Source of the DNA: Octopus sinensis
Lineage: Eukaryota
Reading direction: 5' to 3'
Assembly: GCF_006345805.1 (NCBI RefSeq)
Contig: NC_043010.1
Location: 53,320,001-53,384,000 of the forward strand
Length of the DNA stretch: 64,000 bases
Shown here one piece after another: positions 21,890-33,700 of the stretch. Within the stretch, counting starts at the first letter, position 1, and the number at the start of each line of letters is the position of its first letter. The translations under genes and the position numbers were made by a program. Below the pieces are notes generated by a model, which ran no database searches, was not told where the DNA came from, and saw only the letters and a program-made list of their open reading frames with translations.

Positions 21890-22070
21890 TTTAGGCCGTG
21901 TGGTTAACAAACCTGCTTTGCAAACATGTAGTTTCGTGTTCGGTTCCCCACTGCACATCATCTCTGGCAAGGATTTTATATGACCTATATCTCTGGGTTG
22001 ACCAATGCTTTGTGAGTAAAATTGTTTGGTGGAAACTGCGCTGAAGCACCTCGTGTAGGTATATATGTGT
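21890..22070 (+). mobile_element. Diverged CORE-like SINE family A, 5' half
   Basis: ggccgtgtggttaac...ctttgtgagtaaa..tggtggaaactg. Confidence 0.6.
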
Positions 22071-22115
22071 GTGTGTGTTCGCACGCGGTGTGTGTCGGTA
22101 TGTATGTATGTATAC

Positions 22116-22149
<34 letters not shown>

Positions 22150-22156
22150 ATATATA

Positions 22157-22187
<31 letters not shown>

Positions 22188-22304
22188 ATATATTAAAATA
22201 TATATACATATATATATGCTATAGTATACACATGCATACATACAAACTGACACACACACACACTCATATATATATATGCATATACATATATACATATATA
22301 TTTT

Positions 22305-22555
22305 TTTAATGCGCCCTTTTAAAGCCTAGCCAGGCTCATGGGCCCGGTGTCCCGGTTTCAATGGCGTATGTGTTTCCCAGCTGGACGGGACGCCAGTCCA
22401 TCGCAGGGTTACTCCTTTTTACCAGCTGAGTGGAGTGGAGCAACGTGAAATGAAGTGTTGTGCTCAAGAACACAATGCGTCTCCCAGTTCAGGAATCGAA
22501 ACCACAATCTTACGATCATGATGCTGACAGCCTCACCACTAAGCCGCCCCCTCCC
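22305..22555 (-). mobile_element. Chimeric SINE: tRNA head + CORE-like segment + V-like domain + family D tail
   Basis: Minus strand: ttcgattcctga..., ttgagcacaacacttcatttcacgttgctccactccactcagctggtaa (as in family B), then ctgcgatggactggcgtcccgtccagctggg and gggcccatgagcctggctaggctttaaaagggcgca (as in family D). Confidence 0.8.
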
Positions 22556-22789
22556 CACTTATAAATATATATATATAATTAGAAAAAAATTCACACGGTG
22601 AATTATACGGGAAATAAAATGGGGAAATGGACTGGAATTCTTATGCTGGACAAAAGTATTTACGCGACAAAATGTTTATATAATCAACCGGTTTCTAATT
22701 GTCGGGGCTCTTCATAATTGAGCAAATAGTGATGGTATTATGAACTCATACTACATTAGTTGCTGAGATTCGATATCGGTAGGAGTGTT

Positions 22790-23136
22790 GAAAATAGCAA
22801 TTACAATAATATACATACATGTATAACAATTAAGCTTTACATATAAAATATATTAATATATAAAGATACCAGTAATTATTAAAATATATCATACTGGAAT
22901 ATAAATTGTTAAAATATAACATACAGGAATATAAATTGGGAAAAAAAATTTCCCAATTTATATTCCTTTATATTCCTGTATATTATATTTTAATATATTT
23001 TATATGTAAAGCATAATATGTTATACATGTATGTATATTATTATAATTGCCATTTTAGTAAATAAATTAGTTGACATAATATAATGTCTAAAAGTTGATG
23101 AAGCACATATTGATCCCCTCCATTTTCTTATTGCTA
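22790..23136. repeat. AT-rich palindromic element, same family as 42567-42857
   Basis: Fold-back centred near 22945 (aggaatataaattggg-aaaaaaaattt-cccaatttatattcct); right arm ends gatcccctccattttcttattgc. Confidence 0.8.
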
Positions 23137-23142
23137 TATATA

Positions 23143-23143
23143 T

Positions 23144-23238
<95 letters not shown>
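23143..23238. repeat. (GATA)n microsatellite
   Basis: Direct inspection. Confidence 0.97.
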
Positions 23239-23245
23239 TATACTT

Positions 23246-23647
23246 AATTTTGGGAGATTAATCGATATGCGGGTATTCTATTTCAGATACTACAAAACTA
23301 ACCTAATGATATCAGTTTGCACATCACGAAATAATACTTAAAGGATATAACCAAAATTACCATCGGGGTATATAATATACTTCATTAATTATATCATACT
23401 TTAGTTAATACTTATATTTATTAAATATGCAGTTCCTTCATATTTAATAAACATAAGTATTAATTAAAGCATGACATAATTAGTGAAGTACATTATATAC
23501 CCAGCTGGAAATTTTGTTTTATATCTTTTAAGTATTATTTCGTGATGTGAAAACTGATATCATGAGTTTATTATCAGATATACGCATTAGATTATTTTTG
23601 TAGTATCTGAAATAGAATACCCGCATATCGATTAATCCCCCAAAATT
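23246..23647. repeat. About 400-bp palindrome
   Basis: aattttgggagattaatcgatatgcgggtattctatttcagatactacaaaa pairs with tttttgtagtatctgaaatagaatacccgcatatcgattaatcccccaaaatt; pairing continues inward to a short loop near 23445. Confidence 0.9.
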
Positions 23648-23705
23648 GAATATTGACTTTTATCAGATACTTTGTATATTTATAGATGAATATATAAATG
23701 GGAGA

Positions 23706-24044
23706 CACTCCTCGGTCATGAATGACCATGGGATTGCATCTAGAAAGTTACCCCCCACCGAGGTACAAGTCCGGGCAAGGTTGTTTATGGAAGACCAGCA
23801 GTCGCCCATGCATACCAGCCATCCTCTCTACACCACTGATCTTCTCCAAGGGAAAGTCAAAGGCAAAGACCTATACAGCTTGAGACCAGTGATGTCGCAT
23901 TTCATTTCTACAGCTGAGTTAACTGGAGCGACGTGAAATAAAGTCTCTTGTTCAAGAACACACCACGCAGACCGGTCCGGGAATCGAACTCACAACCTTA
24001 CGATCATAAGCCCGATGCCCTAAACACTGAGCCATGCGCCTTCA
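23706..24044 (-). mobile_element. CORE-like SINE family B, full length
   Basis: Minus strand: tgaaggcgcatggctcagtg...gagttcgattcccggaccgg...cttgaacaagagactttatttcacgtcgctccag...ccatggtcattcatgaccga. Confidence 0.88.
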
Positions 24045-24161
24045 CAAATGTATAAGTATGCGATAAATAAGATCCGAAAGTACGATGTGTGGATGCATAT
24101 AACGCTGTAGGGTTACAACTGATTGATTTGGAAATTTGTTTTCCCAAATTATATATACATA

Positions 24162-24358
24162 TGTATCAGTCGCCATGATAGATCATTAGCCACTACGCAC
24201 ATTTTTTCTCTCTCCTTGTTTTTTCTGTGTCCCTTTCTGTAGAAGAGCGTAGGCTTGAAACGTAAAAGACTTTTTCTATTCCTGAGCGTTATACTACTAC
24301 ATCTGTTTGTTTTGTACACCACCTGTCTTCGTCTTTTGTTTTTTTCGTAAACTCTCCC
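24162..24358 (+). mobile_element. Short TA-associated element with a minimal hammerhead-like motif (family H copy 1)
   Basis: CTTT-CTGTAGA-A-GAGC-GTAG-GCTT-GAAAC-GT-A-AAAG at 24233-24268; ends ctccctatata. Confidence 0.6.
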
Positions 24359-25284
24359 TATATATATAGCTGCCTATGACTCTGTAAGAGTGCTCGTGGC
24401 AGCGCGAGGGGATGCGCATGTCCGTTTGTGTATACGCCACTGCCTCCACTTCTGTATGCCTTTACGTTTGTATGTTTCAATGACGACTGTGTCAGATAAT
24501 TTGGATCAGTGTACGCTTGTATATAAATTCACGTATATGTGACTGTTTTGGTACGCGTGTGTTTGTGTATGTGTGTGTATGTGTGTGTATGTGTCTCTGG
24601 GTGTGTGTGTGCATGTATATATATATATATATATAATATATATATATATATATAAGTCTTTTAATGCATGACAGTATGTGCTGGTGTCCGAATATGTGTG
24701 TAACATAGTGTGTTATTTAAGTGGGTCCTTATAATGTAAACGCGTATATTTTCGTATTTGTGTGTATATCTCTGTGTGTGTATACGCGTGTATGTAGAAA
24801 TTTGTGAATGTGTTTGTGCATGGTTGGGTGTAGGTCTACTTGTGTGTGTTTGTGTACACGTGCAAAGGCCAACACACAATAGAGATGTTTCTTTTCAATA
24901 AGACTTCTCAACAGAAAGAAATTAAAAAAAAAGAAAAACAAAACACCGTTGCCATTGTAGCATGTATTTTGTCACAAGAATTGAATCATGGTATTTACGT
25001 TCATCAATATATCATTATCTGTTGAGAATAGCAAAAACCTCTCATTATAAAGGTGGTCGGTCTCTCAATTGGAAAAGCGGTAGAGGAGAAAATGTGTTGC
25101 ACTCTCTGTTCTTTTTTAGGATCAGTGTTCAAATTTTGTCGAGATCGACTTTGATATTCCAACATGCAGGGGTTGATAGACGATACAATGCATTTTTTTT
25201 ATTGCATCACTTTAGGTTTTGTACGTTCAACTCAACCAGCTACCTCTTAACAGATGTATATGATATATATGTATATATATGTAC

Positions 25285-25680
25285 AAGCTGTGTGGTAAGT
25301 AGCTTGCTAACCAACCACATGGTTCCGGGTTCAGTCCCACCGCGTGGCATCTTGGGCAAGTGTCTTCTGCTATAGCCCAGGGCCGACCAATGCCTTGTGA
25401 GTGGATTTGGTAGACAGAAACTGAAAGAAGCCTGTCGTATATATGTATATATATGTATGTGAGTGTATGTGTTTGTGTGTCTGTGTTTGTCTCCCTAGCA
25501 TTGCTTGACAACCGATGCTGGTGTGTTTACGTCCCCGTCACTTAGCGGTTCGGCAAAAGAGACCGATAGAATAAGTACTGGGCTTACAAAGAATAAGTCC
25601 CGTGGTCGATTTGCTCGACTAAAGGCGGTGCTCCAGCATGGCCGCAGTCAAATGACTGAAACAAGTAAAATAGTAAAAGG
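25285..25680 (+). mobile_element. CORE-like SINE family A, near full length
   Basis: gctgtgtggtaagtagcttgc...gactgaaacaagtaaaatagtaaaag. Confidence 0.9.
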
Positions 25681-25744
<64 letters not shown>

Positions 25745-25799
25745 GTCGGTACTGAAATGCTTTCTCTCACGAATCGACTTCATCAGACTTGATCTAGAG

Positions 25800-26118
25800 C
25801 AAAATAACAATCCTCTTTACTATAGACATAACGTCTGAAGTTTTGAGAAGGGGTCAGCACCTGCTAATTCTTTCAATGACTGCAAAAGGATAAAAGGTAA
25901 AGTTGACTTCGACGGAACTTGAACTCAGTAAAGGCGTGCTAATGATTCTGCCACATCGCCTATTTATAATAATAATAATCCTTTCTATTATAGTCACAAG
26001 GTTTGAAATTTTATGGGAAGTGTTTCACTGATAATTATCGACCCTGAAAGGATGAAAGGCAAAGTGAACCTCGGCAGAATTTGAACTCAGAACTTAGCGA
26101 TGGGTGAAATACTGCTAA
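25800..26118 (-). mobile_element. Two diverged tandem Meta-like SINE copies
   Basis: aaaggataaaaggtaaagttgacttcgacggaacttgaactcag and ccctgaaaggatgaaaggcaaagtgaacctcggcagaatttgaactcag. Confidence 0.7.
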
Positions 26119-26195
26119 GAATTGCAACAAATTCTCCAAAACAAATCAGATTTCCGTTTGCAGATCTCCCAATTCGGGGTCAGTTGCTTAAAAGC

Positions 26196-26245
26196 TATAT
26201 ACTAGCTTAAAAGCTGCCCTTTCGGGTGGCTTTTAAACTAGTATA
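26196..26245. repeat. 50-bp hairpin flanked by CTAG and TA
   Basis: tatatactagcttaaaagctgccc-tttc-gggtggcttttaaactagtatata. Confidence 0.8.
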
Positions 26246-26289
26246 TATATATATATTATATATATATGAATGTATGTATAGACATGTAT

Positions 26290-26460
26290 ATATAGTTGAA
26301 ATTTATATAAAAACGAGAGGCGAAGGCAGGTGTATGAACAACAAGCAAGTGTATTAGTTTGACTCCCGGGAAAGTGAAGAAGTCTTCTACATTTCGAGTC
26401 TACGCTCTTCAACAGTAAAGAATAAGAAAAAATAAACAGAGAGAGAATAGAAAAAAACTT
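26290..26460 (-). mobile_element. Family H copy 2 (minimal hammerhead-like motif)
   Basis: Minus strand: CTGTTGA-A-GAGC-GTAG-ACTC-GAAAT-GT-A-GAAG at about 26383-26420; ends ttcaactatata. Confidence 0.55.
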
Positions 26461-26707
26461 GTGGAGTTAGCACTCAAGCTTGGCGACTGAATGGGGGAAA
26501 ATTTTGACAAAAGAGGTTCAAAGGTGAGATAATAAAGGATTGGTAATCTCAGAACCATTTCGCCTGCGTGAGTGTTTGTATGTGAGAATAATATATATGT
26601 ACATATATACAGACAGACAGGCAGACAGACAGGCAGACAGACAGACAGTGCATCTATCAAATTCACTTACAAGCCATTGTAAATGAATTTGATAGACGGG
26701 AGACAAT

Positions 26708-27767
26708 TTGATAAACATTAAACCGATAAAGAATAAAAAGCACACTGACAATCCATGTTTGTATATGCTTAGAGATAAACTAATCAAACATTAATTAACT
26801 TAAACCACAATTATGATGTCGGGGTGGAAATCTACGCCGCCATCTCTTCAGGTATCCGGCCACTGATATATATATTAATAATAAATAATATTCAACAACC
26901 GTCTACATCTTTCACTGCCTTAAACCTGATAAAGTGTCCGCTAAATAATTCATATATTTCGAACTCTACAGAACTCGGAACCACCTGGTAGCAGTGCGTC
27001 CTTCCTAAACCACACAGCCAATACTTCGCTCTCTTTTGTTCCGAACATCTACCGATATTTTCATTTCCATTTGCTAAAGAATTATCTTTATTATTTTTAG
27101 AACGTTCATGATTGCATTATGCCACTAGACATTTTTCTGTTGTTAAATAATTAAAAATATGTCAAGAACAAAATTATATTCGTTACCAAAATACATATGA
27201 ATACATTATGAAAGTTTGTCCAAGATGAAATATTTCTAAAGCAAAATATTCGTTTCACATGAGAAGTAAAGTTTACAGTTGTAGTCATTCTATTTGTAGA
27301 GTTTAGTGTATTCTACTGTATTCACAACACATTTTCTGACCATTCTGAAATTTTTCAAAGGTCATGTGTATTTTGATTAATCTGTGTTCGAAGATATATT
27401 AGGTATCTCAAAGAATATAGATGTTGATTGAACCTTTTTTTAAATTGATTTCCAGTTCACCCAGTTTATCAGTTATAAGTATTTTTTGTTTAATAATCTG
27501 TAGAGTTCGAAATATATGAATTATTTAGCGGACACTTTATCAGGTTTAAGGCAGTGAAAGATGTAGACGGTTGTTGAATATTATTTATTATTAATATATA
27601 TATCGGTGGCCGGATACCTGAAGAGATGGCGGAGTAAATTTCCACCCCGACATCATAATTGTGGGTTAAGTTAATTAATGCTTGATTAGTTTATCTCTAA
27701 GCATATACAAACATGGATTGTCAGTGTGCTTTTTTATTCTTTATCGGTTTAATGTTTATCAAATTGA
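26708..27767. repeat. Long inverted repeat: about 265-bp near-identical arms (26708-26971 and 27498-27767), about 525-bp spacer
   Basis: ttgataaacattaaaccgataaagaataaaaagcacactgacaatcc...atttcgaactctacaga is the reverse complement of tctgtagagttcgaaat...ggtttaatgtttatcaa, with only a few substitutions. Confidence 0.95.
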
Positions 27768-29553
27768 AGGATTGGTTATTCATACCCCAAGATGTCTAGT
27801 ATTTCTGCGACATTGTTACCTAAGAACTTGAATAGGAAATATTTGATGGCATGAAAGACATATGGGCGTTTTAGACACACACCCAATCTCAGCAGGGCAT
27901 ACTCAGGGAAACTGGAACGTAAAGGATAAGATTAGCATATGAGAGGCTCAGATTCACTTATAGGATCCGGAGTGAATTTTGAGACATTTTATTTTGAGAA
28001 AAAAAGCACTGTATTATATACCATGACATACGGTAATTATTGAAGTTAAATCATTGTTTTCAGAACGACGGACAGTATAGACAACATTTTATTTTCGGAA
28101 GTATTGATCTGAATATAGACCATCTTCGATTTTTCACTGTTCGGGATTCTTATCTGTCGTCCTTCGGGGTTTTTTGGTTTTGAATTTTCATTGATGATTT
28201 CGTAAGCTCTTCGCAAAACCGTCTGTTCCTCGGAGAATGGGCCTTTATCCTTTGAGTCGCCCAACATGAGAGACACGTCAGTAGCTTAAGCTACACTGGC
28301 GGAAACCATGAGGTCATTGAAGCAAACAAGCGGCCACACCGCAGCAAGGACTGGCCCTTGTGATGGGAAATCCTCGGGCACGAACATTAGCATTTTATTA
28401 AAGATAGACTTCCTTCGATTCTTTAATACCCTATCTTACAATCCATGCCATTGTAGGGCAGGATTCGTGACAGACGAACTATAGACAGAAACTTCGCTGT
28501 GGACTAGCTAGGAAGTTGGTCAGCAGCAAAACAAAAGGGACTTCAGGTAGGAGAAGAAAAACAAAAGAATGTCAATAGTGAGTATTAGACGAATCCGAAT
28601 GAACTAAACAGAAATAACTGGCAACTTAAACCCTGATGTTCGTAAAGTAAAAACTTTTGATAAATGTATTCTCTTCTCCACTAGTTTGCATATAGCCTAA
28701 CAAAGCTATACCATCCTATTTAATTTACTGCCTGCATTGCCAAAAAGGTTACAAAAAATTTTGTGCGGCATAGTAATTTATTTATTTGATTTATCTAAAA
28801 GAAAATACCTATTGGTTTTCAGTTACTGTGGTTGAATAAGTACAATAGAATTTTCCCTTGGTATAGCTGTGGCGACGTTCTCCTATTGTAACATTTACCT
28901 AATCATATTAACAACCTTATTATGGAATGAAAGCGGTATTCTAATGATGGCTGATAATATAACAAAACCAGTTCATGTGCTTTATGTGGAAGAGTGACAA
29001 TGTTGTGTGCCAGTGTTGTAGCAATGTACAAACATGCATAAAATCCATTCCACCTGACCAGGTGTAGTCTGTAAAACATAGGAAGAATGCTAATAGTTGT
29101 ACAAGCACAAATCTAATTTCAAAAGTATTTACGAAAGCTTGCACAAATTATATGACAGTGAAAATTTATGAAATTAAATATACCGTGCATACATGTTGCT
29201 ACTGTATTCTATCAGTGAATCTCTAACTTCATCTAATAACGAGAGTAAAGAGAAATGTGTGCTTGAAAAAGTCATGTTACATCGAAGAAAAAGCTTAAAT
29301 CTAATCAAAGTTTTATTCCTATAGTTTTGTATGATACGTGGTATAAGCCTCACTAAATTGATGAGTTTATATAAGCAGCATATCTCCTATAAGTATGAAT
29401 GGGTGTAAACAAATTTTCCTAAGGATAATTATCGGTGTGTCAACGAGATGCAAACATGTTTATAATGCAACGGGTATCTTTTATTAGCTAAGAGCAATGA
29501 TAAAGATAATTCCATTAGATATGGGTCAGATCGAAAAAATAATACCACTAGTC

Positions 29554-29653
29554 NNNNNNNNNNNNNNNNNNNNNNNNNNNNNNNNNNNNNNNNNNNNNNN
29601 NNNNNNNNNNNNNNNNNNNNNNNNNNNNNNNNNNNNNNNNNNNNNNNNNNNNN
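29554..29653. other. Assembly gap (100 N)
   Basis: Run of 100 N; true distance and adjacency across it are unknown. Confidence 1.
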
Positions 29654-29964
29654 CGCTTTGGTAGTTCAACAACTAAATTTACTATTTGCTTGATTCAACC
29701 AGGATTGAACGGTGAATATAAGCTTATACTTTTAAACAAAGCGAAACGTGCTAAAACAAAGTGTACTCATGTGAGAGAGAGAATAAAAATAAGGAAATAA
29801 AATAGAAAAATGACTATGTTTATTGCTCCTGTACGTGGGATAAACGGATATTTAAATGTTATTATTTTTTATGGTGATAAACAGTAAGACAGAGAAAGAG
29901 AGAGACAGCGACAGAGAGAGAGAGAGTGAGAGAGTGAGATAGAGGGGGCAGATAAGTAGGCAAA

Positions 29965-29965
29965 C

Positions 29966-30015
<50 letters not shown>

Positions 30016-30056
30016 GTAGGTAGGTAGGTAGGTAGGTAGGTAGGTAGGTAGGTAGG

Positions 30057-30111
<55 letters not shown>

Positions 30112-30136
30112 AACATAAGTAGATTGATGGTTAAGC

Positions 30137-30178
<42 letters not shown>

Positions 30179-30185
30179 AATAATC
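29965..30185. repeat. (GATA)n-(GGTA)n-(GATA)n compound microsatellite
   Basis: Direct inspection. Confidence 0.97.
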
Positions 30186-30861
30186 GATAGAGAGAGAGAG
30201 AAAGAGAGTGGTAGTTAGACAGACATTTGGTATTTCCATAGTAGTTATAGTAGATTATAACAGCCAAGTTTTCTCCGAATTTGAATTTTTATCACTTATG
30301 TAGTCCCTTAACACAAACATCCATTGCCGCCTTCTCGTGTTTTGTAAGATTATTTTATTATTATTATTATTATTGAAGATAAAGTCGGCAATAAAATTAT
30401 ACTGGGGTTGAAATGGGCTGAAATGTTCGGAGAAAATTGTACAGTGTACGGAATACGACAGTGAAAATGATATTGTTAATGTTTTCATTACTGTTATCAT
30501 TGACGATGTTGGCCCTGCCGGTAGCAAAACATTTTTTCGAACTCTTTAATTTTTTTTTTTTTTGTATATATATTTGAAAAGAAGAAACTCTCATGAAATA
30601 TTATAGGATCATATAGAAAAAAACAACTTACGTAAGGAAATAAAATGTTTTTATCTTTATTCTTATTTATTGATATCACATATTTTGCCTAATTTCTCAC
30701 ATGTATTACTGATAAGATTTTTTTCAAACATTTGTATCATTGACAGATAATTCAATGCTTCAAACCAATTAAGTAACGACTTTATCAAATATCATCAAAA
30801 CTGATTGGCATTTTTTTTACTCCCTTCTCAATGTCTCTCATCAATATTTTTACTGATTCTA

Positions 30862-31096
30862 AGGCGACAAGGTGACAGAATCGTTAGAACGCCGGACGAA
30901 ATGCTAAGCAGTATTTCGTATGTCTTTACGTTCTGAGTTCAAATTCCGCCGAGGTCGATATAATCGATTACATCGACCCCAGTGCTTAACTGGTACTTAT
31001 TTAATCGACCCCGAAAAGATGAAAGGCAAAGTCGACCTCGACGGAATTTGAACTCAACGTAACGGCAGACGAAATACGCTAAACATTTCGCCCGGG
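30862..31096. mobile_element. Fold-back Meta-like SINE (plus-strand head fused to a minus-strand copy)
   Basis: 30862-30958 aaggcgacaagg...gttcaaattccgccgaggtcga (+) abuts 30963-31096 atcgaccccag...gtcgacctcgacggaatttgaactc...catttcgcccgg (-). Confidence 0.8.
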
Positions 31097-31479
31097 AACT
31101 GTTCACCACAAGTGTTAAAAACTGGTTTGTTGAGAATAGCATTGATTTTCGGTTAAATTATACCTGCGGAGGAACATTCCTTAAAATGCCGTCCACTTGA
31201 AAGGCATAGTTAAATGGGATCTAACATGCTTAGAGCACCAATCCGAACAATGTTGGATTAATTAGAATTATATCCATAATGAATGAGGAAAACATTCTAA
31301 TATATCTTTTTAAATACCACACTTGAACGTATGTTTCGAGACCATTTTTTTTCGACTTAACACTTCATGGAAGTGTCTCGGCGTGGACGTAATCCAATGA
31401 CTGAGTGAAGTCAATGATAGAAATTTTATTACATTTTTATTTTTGCAGAAAAATTAGTTTCAAATTTTGGCACATGACC

Positions 31480-31667
31480 AGCAAGTTCGGGAGAGGGCTT
31501 AAGTCGATTACTTCGACCGCAGCACACAACTGGTACTCATTTTATCAAACCCGAAAAGATGAAAGGAAAAGTCGGCCTCCGCGAAATTCGAACTCAGATG
31601 GTAAAGACGGACGAAATATCGCTCAGCATTTTACCCGGCGTGCTAACGATTCTGCCAGCTTACCGTC

Positions 31668-31711
<44 letters not shown>

Positions 31712-31935
31712 CATAATAATAATAATCCTTTCTACTATAGGTACAAGGTCTGGAATTTGTGGGGAGGCGGTAAGTCGATCACATCGACCCCAACATTTGA
31801 CTGGTACTTAATTTAACGACCCCGAAAGGATGAAAGGCAAAGTCGACCACAGTGGTATTTGAACTCAGGACCTAAAGACGAATGAAATGCTGCCAAGAAT
31901 TTTTCCCGGCGTGCTAGTGAATTCTGCCAAATCAC
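31480..31935 (-). mobile_element. Two tandem Meta-like SINE copies separated by (AAT)n
   Basis: 31480-31666 and 31722-31935 each carry cccgaaaggatgaaaggcaaagtcg..gaactcag..ccggcgtgcta. Confidence 0.75.
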
Positions 31936-31941
31936 CCCCTA

Positions 31942-32225
31942 CGAAAATTATGGTCAATGAAGAGAGTAGACGCGATACCAATAGTAATTGGTGCACTTGG
32001 ATGTATCAGCACTCAACTACCAGCATGGCTCAAAAAAATTAGTACAAATCGAAAGGTGGAACACCTACAAAAATCAGTATTGTTTGGAACTGCAAGAATT
32101 CTTCGCAGGATTCTTGAAACATGACCAGTAAACAAGTGTCATTTTAGTCTGCTGGCTGTGGACAGCTGATACTTTCCATTATACCCAGCAAAATAAGCTG
32201 AGAATTTTAGCAAATAATAATATAA
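31942..32225 (+). mobile_element. R4/Dong-clade non-LTR retrotransposon 3' end (RLE endonuclease C-terminus and 3' UTR)
   Basis: 31942-32124 translates RKLWSMKRVDAIPIVIGALGCISTQLPAWLKKISTNRKVEHLQKSVLFGTARILRRILET*, with the IPIVIGALG and LQKxVLxGTARILRR motifs; UTR ends in a taa-rich tail. Confidence 0.85.
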
Positions 32226-32313
32226 AAGGAATGTGAAATGTTTTGGTGTGAGACATTTGGCACACACCATAGTTTATTTTCTTTCGTTGTATTTAATTAC
32301 TTTGTTAAATTCT

Positions 32314-32544
32314 TATTTCTTCATTGCCCACAAGGGGCTAAACATAGAGGAGACAAACAAAGACAGACAAACGGATTAAGTCGAGTACATCGATCCCAGA
32401 GCGTAACTGGTACTTAATTTATCGACCCCGAAAGGATGATAGGCAAAGTCGACCTCGGTGGAATTTGAACTCGGAACATAGCGGCAGACGAAATACCGCT
32501 AAGCATTTCGCTCGGCGTGCTAACGTGTCTGCCAGCTCGCCGCC
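32314..32544 (-). mobile_element. Meta-like SINE with 13-bp TSD
   Basis: TSD tttgttaaattct at 32301-32313 and 32545-32557. Confidence 0.9.
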
Positions 32545-32619
32545 TTTGTTAAATTCTACTTAGAACCATGTGGTTGGGAAGCAAGCTTCTTACCACAGAG
32601 CCACGTATATATTATCTTT

Positions 32620-32798
32620 TAACTTTTCCCTCTTTCACTCATTAGACTGCGGCTATGGACCCCAGCATTTTTTTCTTTTACTTTTTAAGCCTGGTATATA
32701 TTCGATCAGTCTTTTTTGCCGGACCACTAAGTTACGAGGACATAAACACACCAACGCCGGTTCTCAAGCGGTGATGGGGGAGGATAAACAGACACGCG

Positions 32799-32835
<37 letters not shown>

Positions 32836-33330
32836 TTATTTATTTATTTATTTATGCGCCCTTTTCAAGCCTAGCCAGGCTCATGGGCCCGGTTTCCCGG
32901 TTTCTATGGCGCATGTGTTCGACCCAGCTGGATGCGACGCCAATCCATCGCAGCGTTACTCAAGAAACAGGAAGAGAGAGTGAGAGAAAGTTGGGGTGAA
33001 AGAGTACAACAGGGGTCGCCACCAACGCCCGGTCTGGGAATCGAAACCGCGATCTTCCGACCGCGAGTGCGCTGCCCTAACCACTGGGCGCCTCCATATA
33101 TAAGGTTATAATGGATACAGATCGTGTATCAATAGCTATCTTGATGGCGGTGGCCTCATGGAGCTGACCAGCGGCAGCGATTATTCTTATATCTATAAGA
33201 ATGCCATATTAATATGGCGATAACAATTAATTTCCAGTAATTGCCCAAAGTGCCATGCAGCGAGATTGAACCCAAAACCATGTGGTTGAAAATCGATCTT
33301 TTTTTCCACACAACCATGTCTGCGCTTGAT
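32620..33330 (-). mobile_element. Old family A SINE split by the V-like SINE
   Basis: 3' half 32620-32800 and head about 33235-33330 in order, with the insertion at the central microsatellite. Confidence 0.55.
32852..33098 (-). mobile_element. V-domain-like SINE (family D)
   Basis: Minus strand: tatggaggcgcccagtggttagggcag...tttcgattcccagaccggg...gctgcgatggattggcgtcgcatccagctggg...gggcgcata. Confidence 0.85.
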
Positions 33331-33654
33331 TTACTGTAATATTTTTCAATGAAATATAAGGATTAAAGAAATGGAGGTAAAAAATTTTTAAAAAAACAGA
33401 AAAACGAAAGAATTTATCTGACAACGCAAGAGGTATCTTTAAAGACAGGATGGTCATAGCATCTGGAATGTCTTTTCCACGAGAGCAACCTGAGACTAAA
33501 CAACAACAACAGCGACAACAATAACAAAAATATCTGATCATGAAAAAAAAACGAAAACAAAAAAAAAACAAATCCCAAAATCAAGTTACTATCTCTATTT
33601 ATCACACCAGTATGTTGGGGAATAAAAAAAATATATCATTATCTGTGGTTATAC

Positions 33655-33700
<46 letters not shown>

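Noticed and set aside
27610-27720. CTGAAGA in the long inverted-repeat arm as a hammerhead
   Set aside because: The stem after the core is followed by ATAA, not GAAA, and no stem I partner was found.
29554-29653. Any structure inferred across the N gap
   Set aside because: An exact 100-N run is a placeholder, so contiguity and distance are unknown.
33400-33530. RKRKNLSDNARGIFKD resembling the start of a TALE homeodomain
   Set aside because: No WFxN helix 3 follows, the frame runs into a CAA repeat and a stop, and there are no supporting splice sites.
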